Source: an uncultured bacterium
Lineage (GTDB): Bacteria; JAGOEH01
DNA length: 37,016 bases
Reading direction: 5' to 3'
Assembly (NCBI GenBank): GCA_964632485.1
Contig: CAZWDO010000001.1
Span: 419,631 to 456,646, forward strand
The position numbers and the translations under genes are program-made. Below are positions 10,501 through 18,593 of this stretch, one piece after another. How positions within the stretch are numbered: the first letter of the stretch is position 1; each line of letters begins with the position of its first letter. Below the pieces are notes generated by a model. It searched no databases and was not told the DNA's origin. It was given only the letters and a program-made list of their open reading frames with translations.

Positions 10501-12753
10501 CTTAATTTTTTTATGATCCGGATAAAGCAGATCAAGCGCATGATAAGCCAGAAAGCGAGTCAGTGTTTTAAGGTCCACGGCTAAACGCGCCGTCTCATCA
10601 AGTACCCGGAGTTGATCGCAGGAATGGACACGGGGCGGGAAATAGGCTTTCAATATAATATCACGACATTTTTTTTTCGCTTGGTCCAGCATACGCGCGA
10701 TTTCATCATTTTGACCCTCAAAAAAAGCTGGCTGCTCTTGAACCAGTTTATTAAAAGTCAACGTCTCAGCATACCAACGGGTAATATCCTCCCGTTCCGC
10801 CGTCCCGAGAGTATCCGGCTGCCAATAGAAAACCCGGCGGATCAGTAACGGGGCATGCTCGCGCAACACGCGCCAAAGTGGATCCATGCGCTCATTATGA
10901 ACGACCGGGAATCCCAATACCAGCACCAGATCGATATCCTCATCCTCAACTCCCTGGCGCCACTGCATGGCGAGTTCCTGATTAACGCGATCAGGCATGG
11001 AAAGTTGGATGCGAATACGACGAGAACTGTCCTGCCAAAGCGCTGAAATTTGATCATATCGGTTATAAAGCGATCCCAGGGATAAAGGTTCGCCGTCAAC
11101 ACTCTGTAAAAGTTCGCTCAACGCAATATCGGAAAGATTAAGATGGCGTTGCATCAAACGCGCAACCTCTTCCTGAAAACGGTCGGCAACCGATTGAGTC
11201 ATTGTCAACTGGACAATATCTTCAAATGCGTTATCGACAGACACCCTTTTTATATAACTTGAACGGGCCGCTAATTGCTCAATTAAATACTGAATAAAGG
11301 CTAAATTGGCCCCGGGATCAACCGGATCGATACCCTGGCCCAAAATTTCTGCAATCGCGCGGATGGTGAGTTTGGGAAGATTGAGACTGATCTCCGTCAG
11401 GATAAGCAACCGGACGAGATCAAGCGCTGCCTCTCGCTCTTCCGGCTCGGTGAAAACCCGGGGAACAGTATATTGATAGTCCCGCCAGACATGATCGATA
11501 TAGCGATGAGTTTGGCGGTTTTCCTGAATTTTGTCGCTAAAAGCGGTAAAGATGGCGGCAGGAGTCAATAAACGATCAGCGGGTTGTTCCAATAACGGCA
11601 AATTTCCGGCCTCGCCATGCAAGGCCTGGTGGAAAAATTCGATCATCCCACGCGTTTTGGAAAAAAGATTAGTCAGGCTCTCCAGATAATAGAGAGTGCT
11701 GGGGTGAATCGGATAGATTTCCAGAAACTCAGGAAATGAAATATTCCAGGATGGAAAATATGAGCGGAACTGTTCAAACACATCGTGGATAACGGATTCA
11801 GCGCCAGGCAATTTTATAACTAAACGCTGAGAAAAAATAGCGCGGATATGAACGACTGAAAGCTGGATACGTCGGTGATACCGATCACGGATTTTATGCA
11901 AGGCCATTTCCGATGCCCGGGTCGTTTCCTCGATCTCTTCCTGCATACTTAAAATAACCCGACAATGGAACGGCAAATTCCATTCTCCCAGAAATTGAAG
12001 GAACCGAATGTCTTCACTGCTATTGTCCTGCTGGGAACGGGAACGCAGGAACTCGGAGGTTTCATCCAGCAGCAGTACGAGTCCTGCAGGGAAATGGGTA
12101 CGAATCAATTCATCGAGGGACAGAAAAAAATCCCGGCGTGAAAAAAAGGGCGCAAAAGGAATTTTCTTCTGTTCCAAAAACTCCATCAAGGCGTTTACAA
12201 AATTTTCCGTTGGAGATGACGCAATTTTTTGCTCATACTCTTCAACCAACGCAGAGGAAAAGGAGATGCGGAACTGTTCCAAAATATGTTCCTGCCACGA
12301 CGAAGGAAAAGAAACCCGCAATCGTTGGAATTCCCGCTGAATGGCGTCAAGGATCGCATTTTCCAAAGAAACCTGCGCCGAATAATTCATCAGCGGAATG
12401 CCGACCGTTAGCAATTTCCCGCTGGGAAAGGCCTGATATCGATCAAGTTGGGGATAATTTCGTCGCAGTTCGGCGAAAAATTCCGGGTATCTGCATACTC
12501 CCCCCAAATACGCCAGAAAATGACTTTTGCCGGAACCGTAACCCCCTTTGAGAATAAATCCTGCGCTCTTCCCTTCGTTGAATACTTGTAGAAAAAGCTC
12601 TAATCCGGCAAAGACCTCATCAGTCAAAACAAAACTATTGACGATTTGAGACTTTAAATCATCAGGCGCCGCCGCCATCGCCTCCTGCAAGCGGATAACA
12701 GTCTGGATAGCAGGCGCGCTGATCAACTGACCGATCTTGGGAAATTGCTTCAT
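7531..12753 (-). CDS. 1740-aa BrxC/DUF6079-like P-loop ATPase fused to a C-terminal PglZ-like alkaline-phosphatase-fold domain
   Basis: Walker A GGYGSGKS (aa 70-77), Walker B LVLLLDE (D230), KIRDRY and YPIHP (aa 347). C-terminal IDGLR (D1574), SPMPTTT, LDEKLH, ADHGF and HQGQS..LVP motifs. Confidence 0.8.
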   Translation of the reverse strand: MKQFPKIGQLISAPAIQTVIRLQEAMAAAPDDLKSQIVNSFVLTDEVFAGLELFLQVFNEGKSAGFILKGGYGSGKSHFLAYLGGVCRYPEFFAELRRNYPQLDRYQAFPSGKLLTVGIPLMNYSAQVSLENAILDAIQREFQRLRVSFPSSWQEHILEQFRISFSSALVEEYEQKIASSPTENFVNALMEFLEQKKIPFAPFFSRRDFFLSLDELIRTHFPAGLVLLLDETSEFLRSRSQQDNSSEDIRFLQFLGEWNLPFHCRVILSMQEEIEETTRASEMALHKIRDRYHRRIQLSVVHIRAIFSQRLVIKLPGAESVIHDVFEQFRSYFPSWNISFPEFLEIYPIHPSTLYYLESLTNLFSKTRGMIEFFHQALHGEAGNLPLLEQPADRLLTPAAIFTAFSDKIQENRQTHRYIDHVWRDYQYTVPRVFTEPEEREAALDLVRLLILTEISLNLPKLTIRAIAEILGQGIDPVDPGANLAFIQYLIEQLAARSSYIKRVSVDNAFEDIVQLTMTQSVADRFQEEVARLMQRHLNLSDIALSELLQSVDGEPLSLGSLYNRYDQISALWQDSSRRIRIQLSMPDRVNQELAMQWRQGVEDEDIDLVLVLGFPVVHNERMDPLWRVLREHAPLLIRRVFYWQPDTLGTAEREDITRWYAETLTFNKLVQEQPAFFEGQNDEIARMLDQAKKKCRDIILKAYFPPRVHSCDQLRVLDETARLAVDLKTLTRFLAYHALDLLYPDHKKIKSATPEPPLETVGELIDHIQTNLTGIHFFLASISHGTLLKNLTEKLGLIKSMGQEFMIDPNPGNSPFLRELLKIIENSTPSYSELYRNRRFSDFGVSHHQLILSLYFLAQAGYVELILQQRAMRSDEFSLSKIRECRRIAPGSQVSELFLSQHDKLKSLIGKIKPSELHFKGQENAWAKLIEFKQQNEPSLNWLINQLKTLSHTPPFGETSFLNVLTHLYSLASIITLIKPGLSSKQGLDNLLTAIKEPEELEFFLTQFHQTRELVNDHFPQVVVIFDYLNCPQIFAVIQNTPLESDYEELSDQFKKLKQTVTPQMIQTLFKSFESFRNLYRQLYSETHQKWFPPERLAALQQLQQTIQWQLLDRLNQIQLISAQPDFQDIRQQTERLIGQFCSRDPERELERQPFCICQANPSFVPVSDWEEQIEAIRCKLMESIHSYIDHFSKPEFQQKIVRYQVRLVDWGKTQQASLLNKIIHSNWRETPAISELLQTLIPPVITLIREALSDKTVIVAKEISTLISKIAGKKLLYSEARRLIDDWLSIDQKSEETFLSFDTGVWQSQQEETTGSLQPLPAFLQQYIRSLALPQSPEEIFTELIIMFLYSLAQSYKIPTHWSPLTFNIGHGEKELVELNAQFDLLPQEFDLENFLGNEILQSIIEGTFFAQAELDALIHFINQASNFPQLQMRAAVVLLNDFSFFLRRDKLPALIGRNVLSDWLNQLRDIHDRLLKPVTSWQQFPRFCANAVVFFRDELQLQLLDLENRKTQRIDFDISIWQRQQRVDKAQAFESLFQEQLSQWDQASNQLETKIRKTVGDEHGINLLVIDGLRIDFYLRLRESLWSAPHWLCEYESFLLSPMPTTTQSFYAVLADLNIELFKSVERDYHYPHFLNSCLDTMGNHHRRAFIVGFLDEKLHTEKNELALLFQETLSRLEQFFQPIPTGFSFYLCADHGFSEKSDYRSKDQPRYMHQGQSSLDRLVPWVKLTKSSAPAR

Positions 12754-13790
12754 AGCGCCTCAGTCTCTTCCGCGCTTGAATTGGCTCCTTCTTCATCGTC
12801 TTTGATACTTTTGGACAAAGGCTGAACCGGCAGGGAGGTCTGCAGCTTACGAATTGTTCCCCAAAGTCGGTTATATACCGGTGAGCGGTTGATCAATTCT
12901 TTGAGATGCTCAATCACTTCCAATTGGCGGTGGCATTGCGCCGCGCTCTTGGACACCATATTTAAAAATGGATTGTTCAGATAGTTGCGATCAGGCAGTT
13001 CCAGAAACAACTGCAATGCCGGGGAATACCTGCCCCATTTGTAATAGACCCAGGCTAAGCGGTTTTTCAAATATTCCGAGGAGTCAAGTTGCAATGCCTG
13101 CAATAAATAGCGCTCAGCTTTCTCCCAGTTTTTTTCCGCGATAAACTGTTCGGCCAGATTTTTACAGGTTTCGCCATCGGCAATCTGCCCGGAATATTTC
13201 AGACTTTTTTCCCAATTAACCGCGCTCACTCCTTTTTCTTCCATAAGATAGCGTTTTTTTTGGGCCATATAAAAAGAGCTTTCCGGGTTCAAAAGCAGAG
13301 CCGCATCGAGACATGCCAGGGCTTGCTCACGATTTTCCAGTTTCTTATAAATCTGAAATCCGAGGTAACGCAATTCATGGCGGTCCGAAATCGCTTGCCG
13401 CGCTTTTTCAAAATAAAAGGCCGCATTCTCCAGTTGACCGATTTTATTCAACAGACGGGCCAATTGCCAGCAGACTTGCGGGTCGTCGCTTTGATGGTAA
13501 ATATCCATCAGCAAATCAACCGCTTTTTTATAATCCTGCTTGACTTCGAATAAATAGGCTTTTCGCGCCAGATAGTAGGTATTATGCGGCTCATTTAATA
13601 AAAGTCGCGCTAAAATCCGTTCAGCCGGTTCCAAATTGCCTTGATGCAGATAGTAATCCATTTCAATTGACAAGACCATAGGATGATTGGGATCCTGTGA
13701 AGAAAGCTGGGTAATCAGAGTATTGGCTTCTTCATATTTTTTCTGGTGGAGCAGATGCCGGGCTAAACGTATCTGTTCAGATAATTGCAT
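12750..13790 (-). CDS. Tetratricopeptide-repeat protein
   Basis: Repeated helical TPR-like units (KYEEANTLI, NLEPAERILARLLLNEPHN, QLENAAFYFEKA, NWEKAERYLLQALQLD). No signal peptide. Its stop overlaps the next ATG (ATGA at 12753-12750). Confidence 0.88.
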   Translation of the reverse strand: MQLSEQIRLARHLLHQKKYEEANTLITQLSSQDPNHPMVLSIEMDYYLHQGNLEPAERILARLLLNEPHNTYYLARKAYLFEVKQDYKKAVDLLMDIYHQSDDPQVCWQLARLLNKIGQLENAAFYFEKARQAISDRHELRYLGFQIYKKLENREQALACLDAALLLNPESSFYMAQKKRYLMEEKGVSAVNWEKSLKYSGQIADGETCKNLAEQFIAEKNWEKAERYLLQALQLDSSEYLKNRLAWVYYKWGRYSPALQLFLELPDRNYLNNPFLNMVSKSAAQCHRQLEVIEHLKELINRSPVYNRLWGTIRKLQTSLPVQPLSKSIKDDEEGANSSAEETEAL

Positions 13791-13881
13791 CGTTTTTCCG
13801 ATTTGTTTGAGATATTATGTAATTTTCAATTTAATATTTTTATATGTTTCGGCGTTCCCACTTTTCTCCTCAATGATCCGG

Positions 13882-14865
13882 TCATACTTTGGCGCGGGCA
13901 ATAATCACAATATTTTGAGTAAAAATTGAATCCCGATGAAATTTTAAAAGAAATTCCAGTTTAGCCAGCCAATAAAAAAGGCGACGGATGATGATATGCT
14001 TCGGGTCCAGTCCAAACGGAGTGGGATACTGGAAGTAATGACCAACATAATGATGCCAGACAGGCAATTGGATAGGGGGCGCAATATGACGTGCCAACAC
14101 GTTGAATCCATTTTTTTCCAACATTTGGGCTAATGACTTGAAACTATAGTGCACGACATGTTCATACGAATCAAAAAGATCATACTGCCCGGTTTTTTTT
14201 AGTAATCTGGCCAGCTTTAGTTTCAATAAACTAAACTTGCCATTTGGCACCTTGATGAAGAGAATACCATCCGTTTTGAGCAGGTTCCGCGCGGCGGCCA
14301 GCAGTTCACTTGGATTGGGAATATGTTCGAACACATCAGTCATAGTGATAATATCGATCGAGTGAAGTGGAATATTGGCTTTCTCCAGAAACGTATTGAT
14401 AATTTCCAGATGGAAATATTCCTTTGCCAGTTTTGAGAGCGTGGGCGAGGGTTCAACCCCCAACGTATCGAAACCGGCTTTACTGGCATGCCGCAGGAAA
14501 AACCCCATACTTGAACCGACATCCACGAATTTACCGGTGGTTTTGATTTTCTTGATCAAACCGATATCATGCAGATAATTCGGGTCCCGATGATGTCCTT
14601 TTTTCCCTAAAAAAATCAACCGGGCTTCTTCAAAATATTTTTCACTGTCGCCCCAATAAACCTGTTCCGGATTTTTCAAGCGAGGGTTAGTAAAAACCAA
14701 TCCACAACTTTTACATCGGCTAATACCCAGATGTCCGCGCTCACGATAAATCAAATCGCTCTGATCATGGCTACAGAGAGGACATGCGACCTGATCTACA
14801 TCCTGCTCCGTGTAAAAATCCTTTTGGGTACCGCCATGCACGTAATCCTGGGTACTGATTTGCAT
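13882..14865 (-). CDS. Class I SAM-dependent methyltransferase with an N-terminal Zn-ribbon
   Basis: CPLC...CKSCG, VDVGSSMG, GVEPS, DVFEHIPNP and LFIKVPN motifs. Confidence 0.88.
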   Translation of the reverse strand: MQISTQDYVHGGTQKDFYTEQDVDQVACPLCSHDQSDLIYRERGHLGISRCKSCGLVFTNPRLKNPEQVYWGDSEKYFEEARLIFLGKKGHHRDPNYLHDIGLIKKIKTTGKFVDVGSSMGFFLRHASKAGFDTLGVEPSPTLSKLAKEYFHLEIINTFLEKANIPLHSIDIITMTDVFEHIPNPSELLAAARNLLKTDGILFIKVPNGKFSLLKLKLARLLKKTGQYDLFDSYEHVVHYSFKSLAQMLEKNGFNVLARHIAPPIQLPVWHHYVGHYFQYPTPFGLDPKHIIIRRLFYWLAKLEFLLKFHRDSIFTQNIVIIARAKV

Positions 14866-14890
14866 TGTCTATCCTTTCACTTATAAAATT

Positions 14891-16990
14891 TTAACGAACA
14901 ACAGTAAACGATAAAGAGGACTTCGGGGAACCATCCAGAATTTTTAAAATATATCGGCCAGAGGGAAGCTCCTGAACATTCACTGAAGTTCGAGCCGAAT
15001 AACAGACACCATGAGAACAAACCCGTCCCAGCAGGTCAAAAATTTTGTAATGAACTGGCGACTGGGCCCCGCGAGATGTATGTAGAGTAAACCTTCCGTG
15101 ATTGGGGTTGGGATAAAGTCCCGCCAAAAGAGTTTCGGACAATGCGTAAGTCACAGAAATCGCAGAGACTGAAAAATCGTGCCGGGCCAGTAACCCGCCC
15201 TCACCACAAATCCAAAGGCATTCATTCAGCTCCACTAAGGAAGTTACAGCCGATGGGGCTTGCTCGGACCAAACCATCTGATCTTGCGAGCTCGAACAAC
15301 GGCAGACAAAACCGTTTTCAGTGGCCAGACAAATATCTCCCGACCGGGTAGAGGCCACTGCCTGAATATCACTGTTATCACTGGTCCTAAAAATAGTATC
15401 AACACGAGTAAACCCGGGAATTAACGAAACCAGGAATTTCCCGGCGGCGGCATAAAGAGTTCCATCATCAGCAACGGTTGCGGCCAGGATCGGTGAGGTT
15501 GCGGAAAATTCGAGCGCAGCAGCGGAATCATTCTCCTGATAGCGCCATATTACGCCGTTACCCGTCGTCTCATCTTTCCCCCAGGTATAAAACGTATCAT
15601 TGCGTATCATGCCTCCCAGAAGCATATAGTTACCAGACAAAATATCCGAACGGTCCTGCCAGGAATAGCCTCCATCATGAGTATATAGCAGCGAATCACC
15701 GATCAGCCAACCGGTCGCGCTGTCGGCAAAAACAAATCCCTTCCAGGTAACGGAAAATGGATTATTAAAATAATTCCAATTTTCGCCGTTATCTTCACTT
15801 AAATAAATGCGTTTACCAGCGCTTCCGATTCCGAGTATTCGACCCGTTGATGGAAAGGCCAGATTGCAGGGAGTAAACGGCGTTGGGTGGTAGCAACAAT
15901 TATGATCAGTGAGGGTATAGGAAAGATAGATCCCGGTAGTGGCATTGCTAAGTACTACACATTCCGGAGTAGCTGAAAGACCTGTGAAACTGAAATCCTC
16001 AGCGTTCGGCGTCAGGAGTTGTGTGGCATTGGAAGAATGGCTTGCCATCATACCCCAATCGCCCGCGCCAATCAACGATCCATCGGGAAGAGTGGCGAAA
16101 GCATTGAGAGCAAAAGCGGTAGTATCCAACAAGGACCAACTTACACCCCCATCCCGGGTTGCCATTAGGGCAGGTTGGACGGGAGATCGGGTCTTACCGG
16201 TTGCCCAACCCGATAAGGAATCAGTGAAACTAAACCGGTTGGGACGAAGATTATCCTGAGCAGGAGCGTAGATCATCGCCCAGGTCATCCCGCTATCCTC
16301 GCTTCTCCAGAGCGAATCGCAACCGGAACCCGTTAAAAGTCCCAGCCATCCCCGTTCATGATAAAAAAAAAGGTCGGCATTCGTATAAGTGGTTTTTAAG
16401 GATTGCCAGCATAGCGTCCAGGTTGTCCCGCTATCAGTCGTCGAGAACAAATAAAAAAAATTGGTTACCAAATTTTTACCGCAAATAATTCCCCGTTCGC
16501 TGCTCCACCAGTGCTGCGCATAAAAACGGAACACCCCGTCTTGTTCTCCGGGGGCTGGAAGCCCATACCAACTAATTCCTCCGTCGCGGGTCATCATGAT
16601 CGTATCGCCGATTGCGACGGCGGTCAGACTGTCAATCGCAATAATATCCTTCCAATATTGCGTCGAGCCCTGGTGGTCAAAACTCGTCCAAAGAGTTCCA
16701 CCATCTGAGGAGCTATAGAGTTCATCATCCTGGTAACGGATAGCGAAAAGTCGGGTACCGCTTGAGAAGAGCCGGAAAAATTTCAGCGAATTAACAAATT
16801 CAAAATGGTTATTACCGGGATTGTAGGAATAGAGATGGTCTGCAGCGATCAAAAGACGCTGGTTAACCAATTTCAAATCTTCAATATCACCATAAATCTC
16901 CGCTCGTCGAAGAATTTCCCACCCTGAGATTATTCCTGGTAAAAACAAAATTATGCAGTAAATAGAAAGATGTAGCACTCTAATCATCAT
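14891..16990 (-). CDS. Secreted BNR/YCF48-like beta-propeller protein with a T9SS (Por) C-terminal sorting domain
   Basis: Signal peptide; many (S/T)xDxGx(T/S)W Asp-boxes; C-terminal YPNP...IFDLLGR...LPSGRYILKI. Confidence 0.85.
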   Translation of the reverse strand: MMIRVLHLSIYCIILFLPGIISGWEILRRAEIYGDIEDLKLVNQRLLIAADHLYSYNPGNNHFEFVNSLKFFRLFSSGTRLFAIRYQDDELYSSSDGGTLWTSFDHQGSTQYWKDIIAIDSLTAVAIGDTIMMTRDGGISWYGLPAPGEQDGVFRFYAQHWWSSERGIICGKNLVTNFFYLFSTTDSGTTWTLCWQSLKTTYTNADLFFYHERGWLGLLTGSGCDSLWRSEDSGMTWAMIYAPAQDNLRPNRFSFTDSLSGWATGKTRSPVQPALMATRDGGVSWSLLDTTAFALNAFATLPDGSLIGAGDWGMMASHSSNATQLLTPNAEDFSFTGLSATPECVVLSNATTGIYLSYTLTDHNCCYHPTPFTPCNLAFPSTGRILGIGSAGKRIYLSEDNGENWNYFNNPFSVTWKGFVFADSATGWLIGDSLLYTHDGGYSWQDRSDILSGNYMLLGGMIRNDTFYTWGKDETTGNGVIWRYQENDSAAALEFSATSPILAATVADDGTLYAAAGKFLVSLIPGFTRVDTIFRTSDNSDIQAVASTRSGDICLATENGFVCRCSSSQDQMVWSEQAPSAVTSLVELNECLWICGEGGLLARHDFSVSAISVTYALSETLLAGLYPNPNHGRFTLHTSRGAQSPVHYKIFDLLGRVCSHGVCYSARTSVNVQELPSGRYILKILDGSPKSSLSFTVVR

Positions 16991-17099
16991 ATTTCCCCCG
17001 GAAATGTTTGCTTAATATTACAATGGAAAACAACCACATCATCCCGTTTCCGAAAAAACCTTTGCCCGGCAATTCCATCACCTTATAAATCCACATATA

Positions 17100-17232
17100 G
17101 TCCAACATCGCTGCGCTCGTTGGACAGTGGGAGGCGCGGCTTGGCGGCTGTCGCTGAGCTACATCGTACAGCACACGGATAAGCGCATAGCAGGAAATTT
17201 CCTGCGGAAACTTTGCCAACCCGCCCCTCCCA
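17100..17232. other. GC-rich, multi-stem palindromic element of unknown class
   Basis: Hairpin GTCCAAC/GTTGGAC (17100-25). A 16/18 inverted repeat (17128-45 / 17215-32) encloses a GCTGT/ACAGC hairpin and the perfect 16-bp palindrome GCAGGAAATTTCCTGC (17190-205). Confidence 0.6.
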
Positions 17233-17481
17233 ATAAAAAAAAAATGATTAAAAAAAAAATTGATATGATATCTTAACTGATAATTTTCAAGGCTAATCTC
17301 GCAAATTCCGGATAATTTAACTACGAGTTACAGTTTTAATCAGTTGTTAATTCTAAAAATTTTATCAGAATTTCAGGATCTAAGCGCCAGGAACTGCCGA
17401 AACCGCCAAAAAACCCATGTTTTTTTATTAAATGCAGAGATAGCTGAGAAACCGACAATTCAATATTCAGAGCTCTGTGGC

Positions 17482-17805
17482 TTATTCGCGCAGCGATAAG
17501 CCGTCCGCGCTCGCGGTCGGCTTATCGCCAAATGGACAGGGCAACATTCCCCGGTCCCACTGAATTTGAATCGTGTATGGACCGAACTGGACGGGGTTCT
17601 CCAGCCCATCCTTCCCTTTTTCGATTAGTTCCGCAAGCTTCAGCGCAATCATTTCGGTAGTAACGTGTCGTCCCTCCAAAACCTTGGCATCTTCCGCCAC
17701 GATTTCATGGATATGGCGATCATCATGACCCAAAAAGCCTTCCCGACTGATTTTCCCGGGCAAAAAATTTTCTTTTAGTTTTAACTCTTCCGGAGTTTGT
17801 TTCAT
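17482..17805 (-). CDS. Conserved hypothetical protein, possibly C-terminally truncated
   Basis: RBS AAGAGG, 11 nt after the upstream stop. PGKISREGFLG and RGMLPCPFG look like conserved motifs. The last 14 codons coincide with a DNA hairpin. Confidence 0.65.
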   Translation of the reverse strand: MKQTPEELKLKENFLPGKISREGFLGHDDRHIHEIVAEDAKVLEGRHVTTEMIALKLAELIEKGKDGLENPVQFGPYTIQIQWDRGMLPCPFGDKPTASADGLSLRE

Positions 17806-17816
17806 GGGCGCCTCTT

Positions 17817-18353
17817 TCAGGATTTCCGCACAAAGTTTTTATCCAAATAGGCACCAATTTTCACAACAATATCTTCCGCCATATTTTTCAAATCCTCTTT
17901 CGTGGCGAACTGTTTCATGTCTTCCTTAGTAGCGAATTTCTTCAAATCCTCTTTTGTAGCATACTGCTTTAAATCTTCTTTTGTGGCGAACTGTTTTAAA
18001 TCCTCTTTCGTCGCCATAGTCTCCTTTACAATCGCCATATCGGTTTTGAGTTCAGCGACATCCGTTTTGAGTTCAGCAATATCGCCTTTTACAATTGTCA
18101 AATCCACTTTAAATTCCGTAACTTCTTCAGTCAACGCATTCAGGGCGGCATGCATTTTTGCGCTGTCCGCCTGGGTGTTATATTTATTTTCATGATAATC
18201 GGCAATAAAATTATACAATAGCAGGCCCAGGTCTTTATTTTTATTTTCCGGTTTTTTAAGTTCTGATTTCAATGGTTCGACGACTTCTTTGCGGGTTACA
18301 TCCAAAATAAAAGCGCGAAGTTCCACCTGATCGATTTCATGCAGATGAATCAT
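17817..18353 (-). CDS. Coiled-coil protein with tandem ATKEDLKQF-type repeats
   Basis: GGAGG RBS; five ATKED(L/M)K units at 9-aa spacing, preceded by D(I/V)AELKT heptads. Confidence 0.8.
   Translation of the reverse strand: MIHLHEIDQVELRAFILDVTRKEVVEPLKSELKKPENKNKDLGLLLYNFIADYHENKYNTQADSAKMHAALNALTEEVTEFKVDLTIVKGDIAELKTDVAELKTDMAIVKETMATKEDLKQFATKEDLKQYATKEDLKKFATKEDMKQFATKEDLKNMAEDIVVKIGAYLDKNFVRKS
17890..18080 (-). repeat. Intragenic 27-nt and 21-nt tandem repeats
   Basis: 27-nt period at about 17890-18017; near-identical 21-nt units C(G/C)GTTTTGAGTTCAGC.... at 18041-18081. Confidence 0.8.
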
Positions 18354-18593
18354 AACCTTCCTCCATAGAAAATTCGATTTACATTTGAAGCTGTTACTTA
18401 CATTTCATTCCGTTTCAAGCGCAAGCTGACCATCTTAAGCAGTTCTGTCAGCAAGGGGCGGAGCAAATAGATTATATAGCGCATAGCCGCATTCTAAGAC
18501 CGGCGGAAATCCAAACCATTTATCAAAAATTCGCGCGTCGATGGCCGAACTCTAAAAATTAAACTTCCTATATCCGCTTCGGTTCCCTTTATT

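Noticed and set aside
13882-14865. Methyltransferase next to the TPR/BrxC-PglZ pair as the BREX PglX equivalent
   Set aside because: It is only 327 aa, has no NPPY/DPPY catalytic motif, and its Zn-ribbon plus EH motif is typical of small-molecule/glycan methyltransferases. Adjacency alone is insufficient, though co-occurrence could be checked.
17890-18017. 27-nt repeats as a DGR template/variable region or CRISPR-like array
   Set aside because: The differences are mostly synonymous and not adenine-specific, and no reverse transcriptase or cas gene is nearby.
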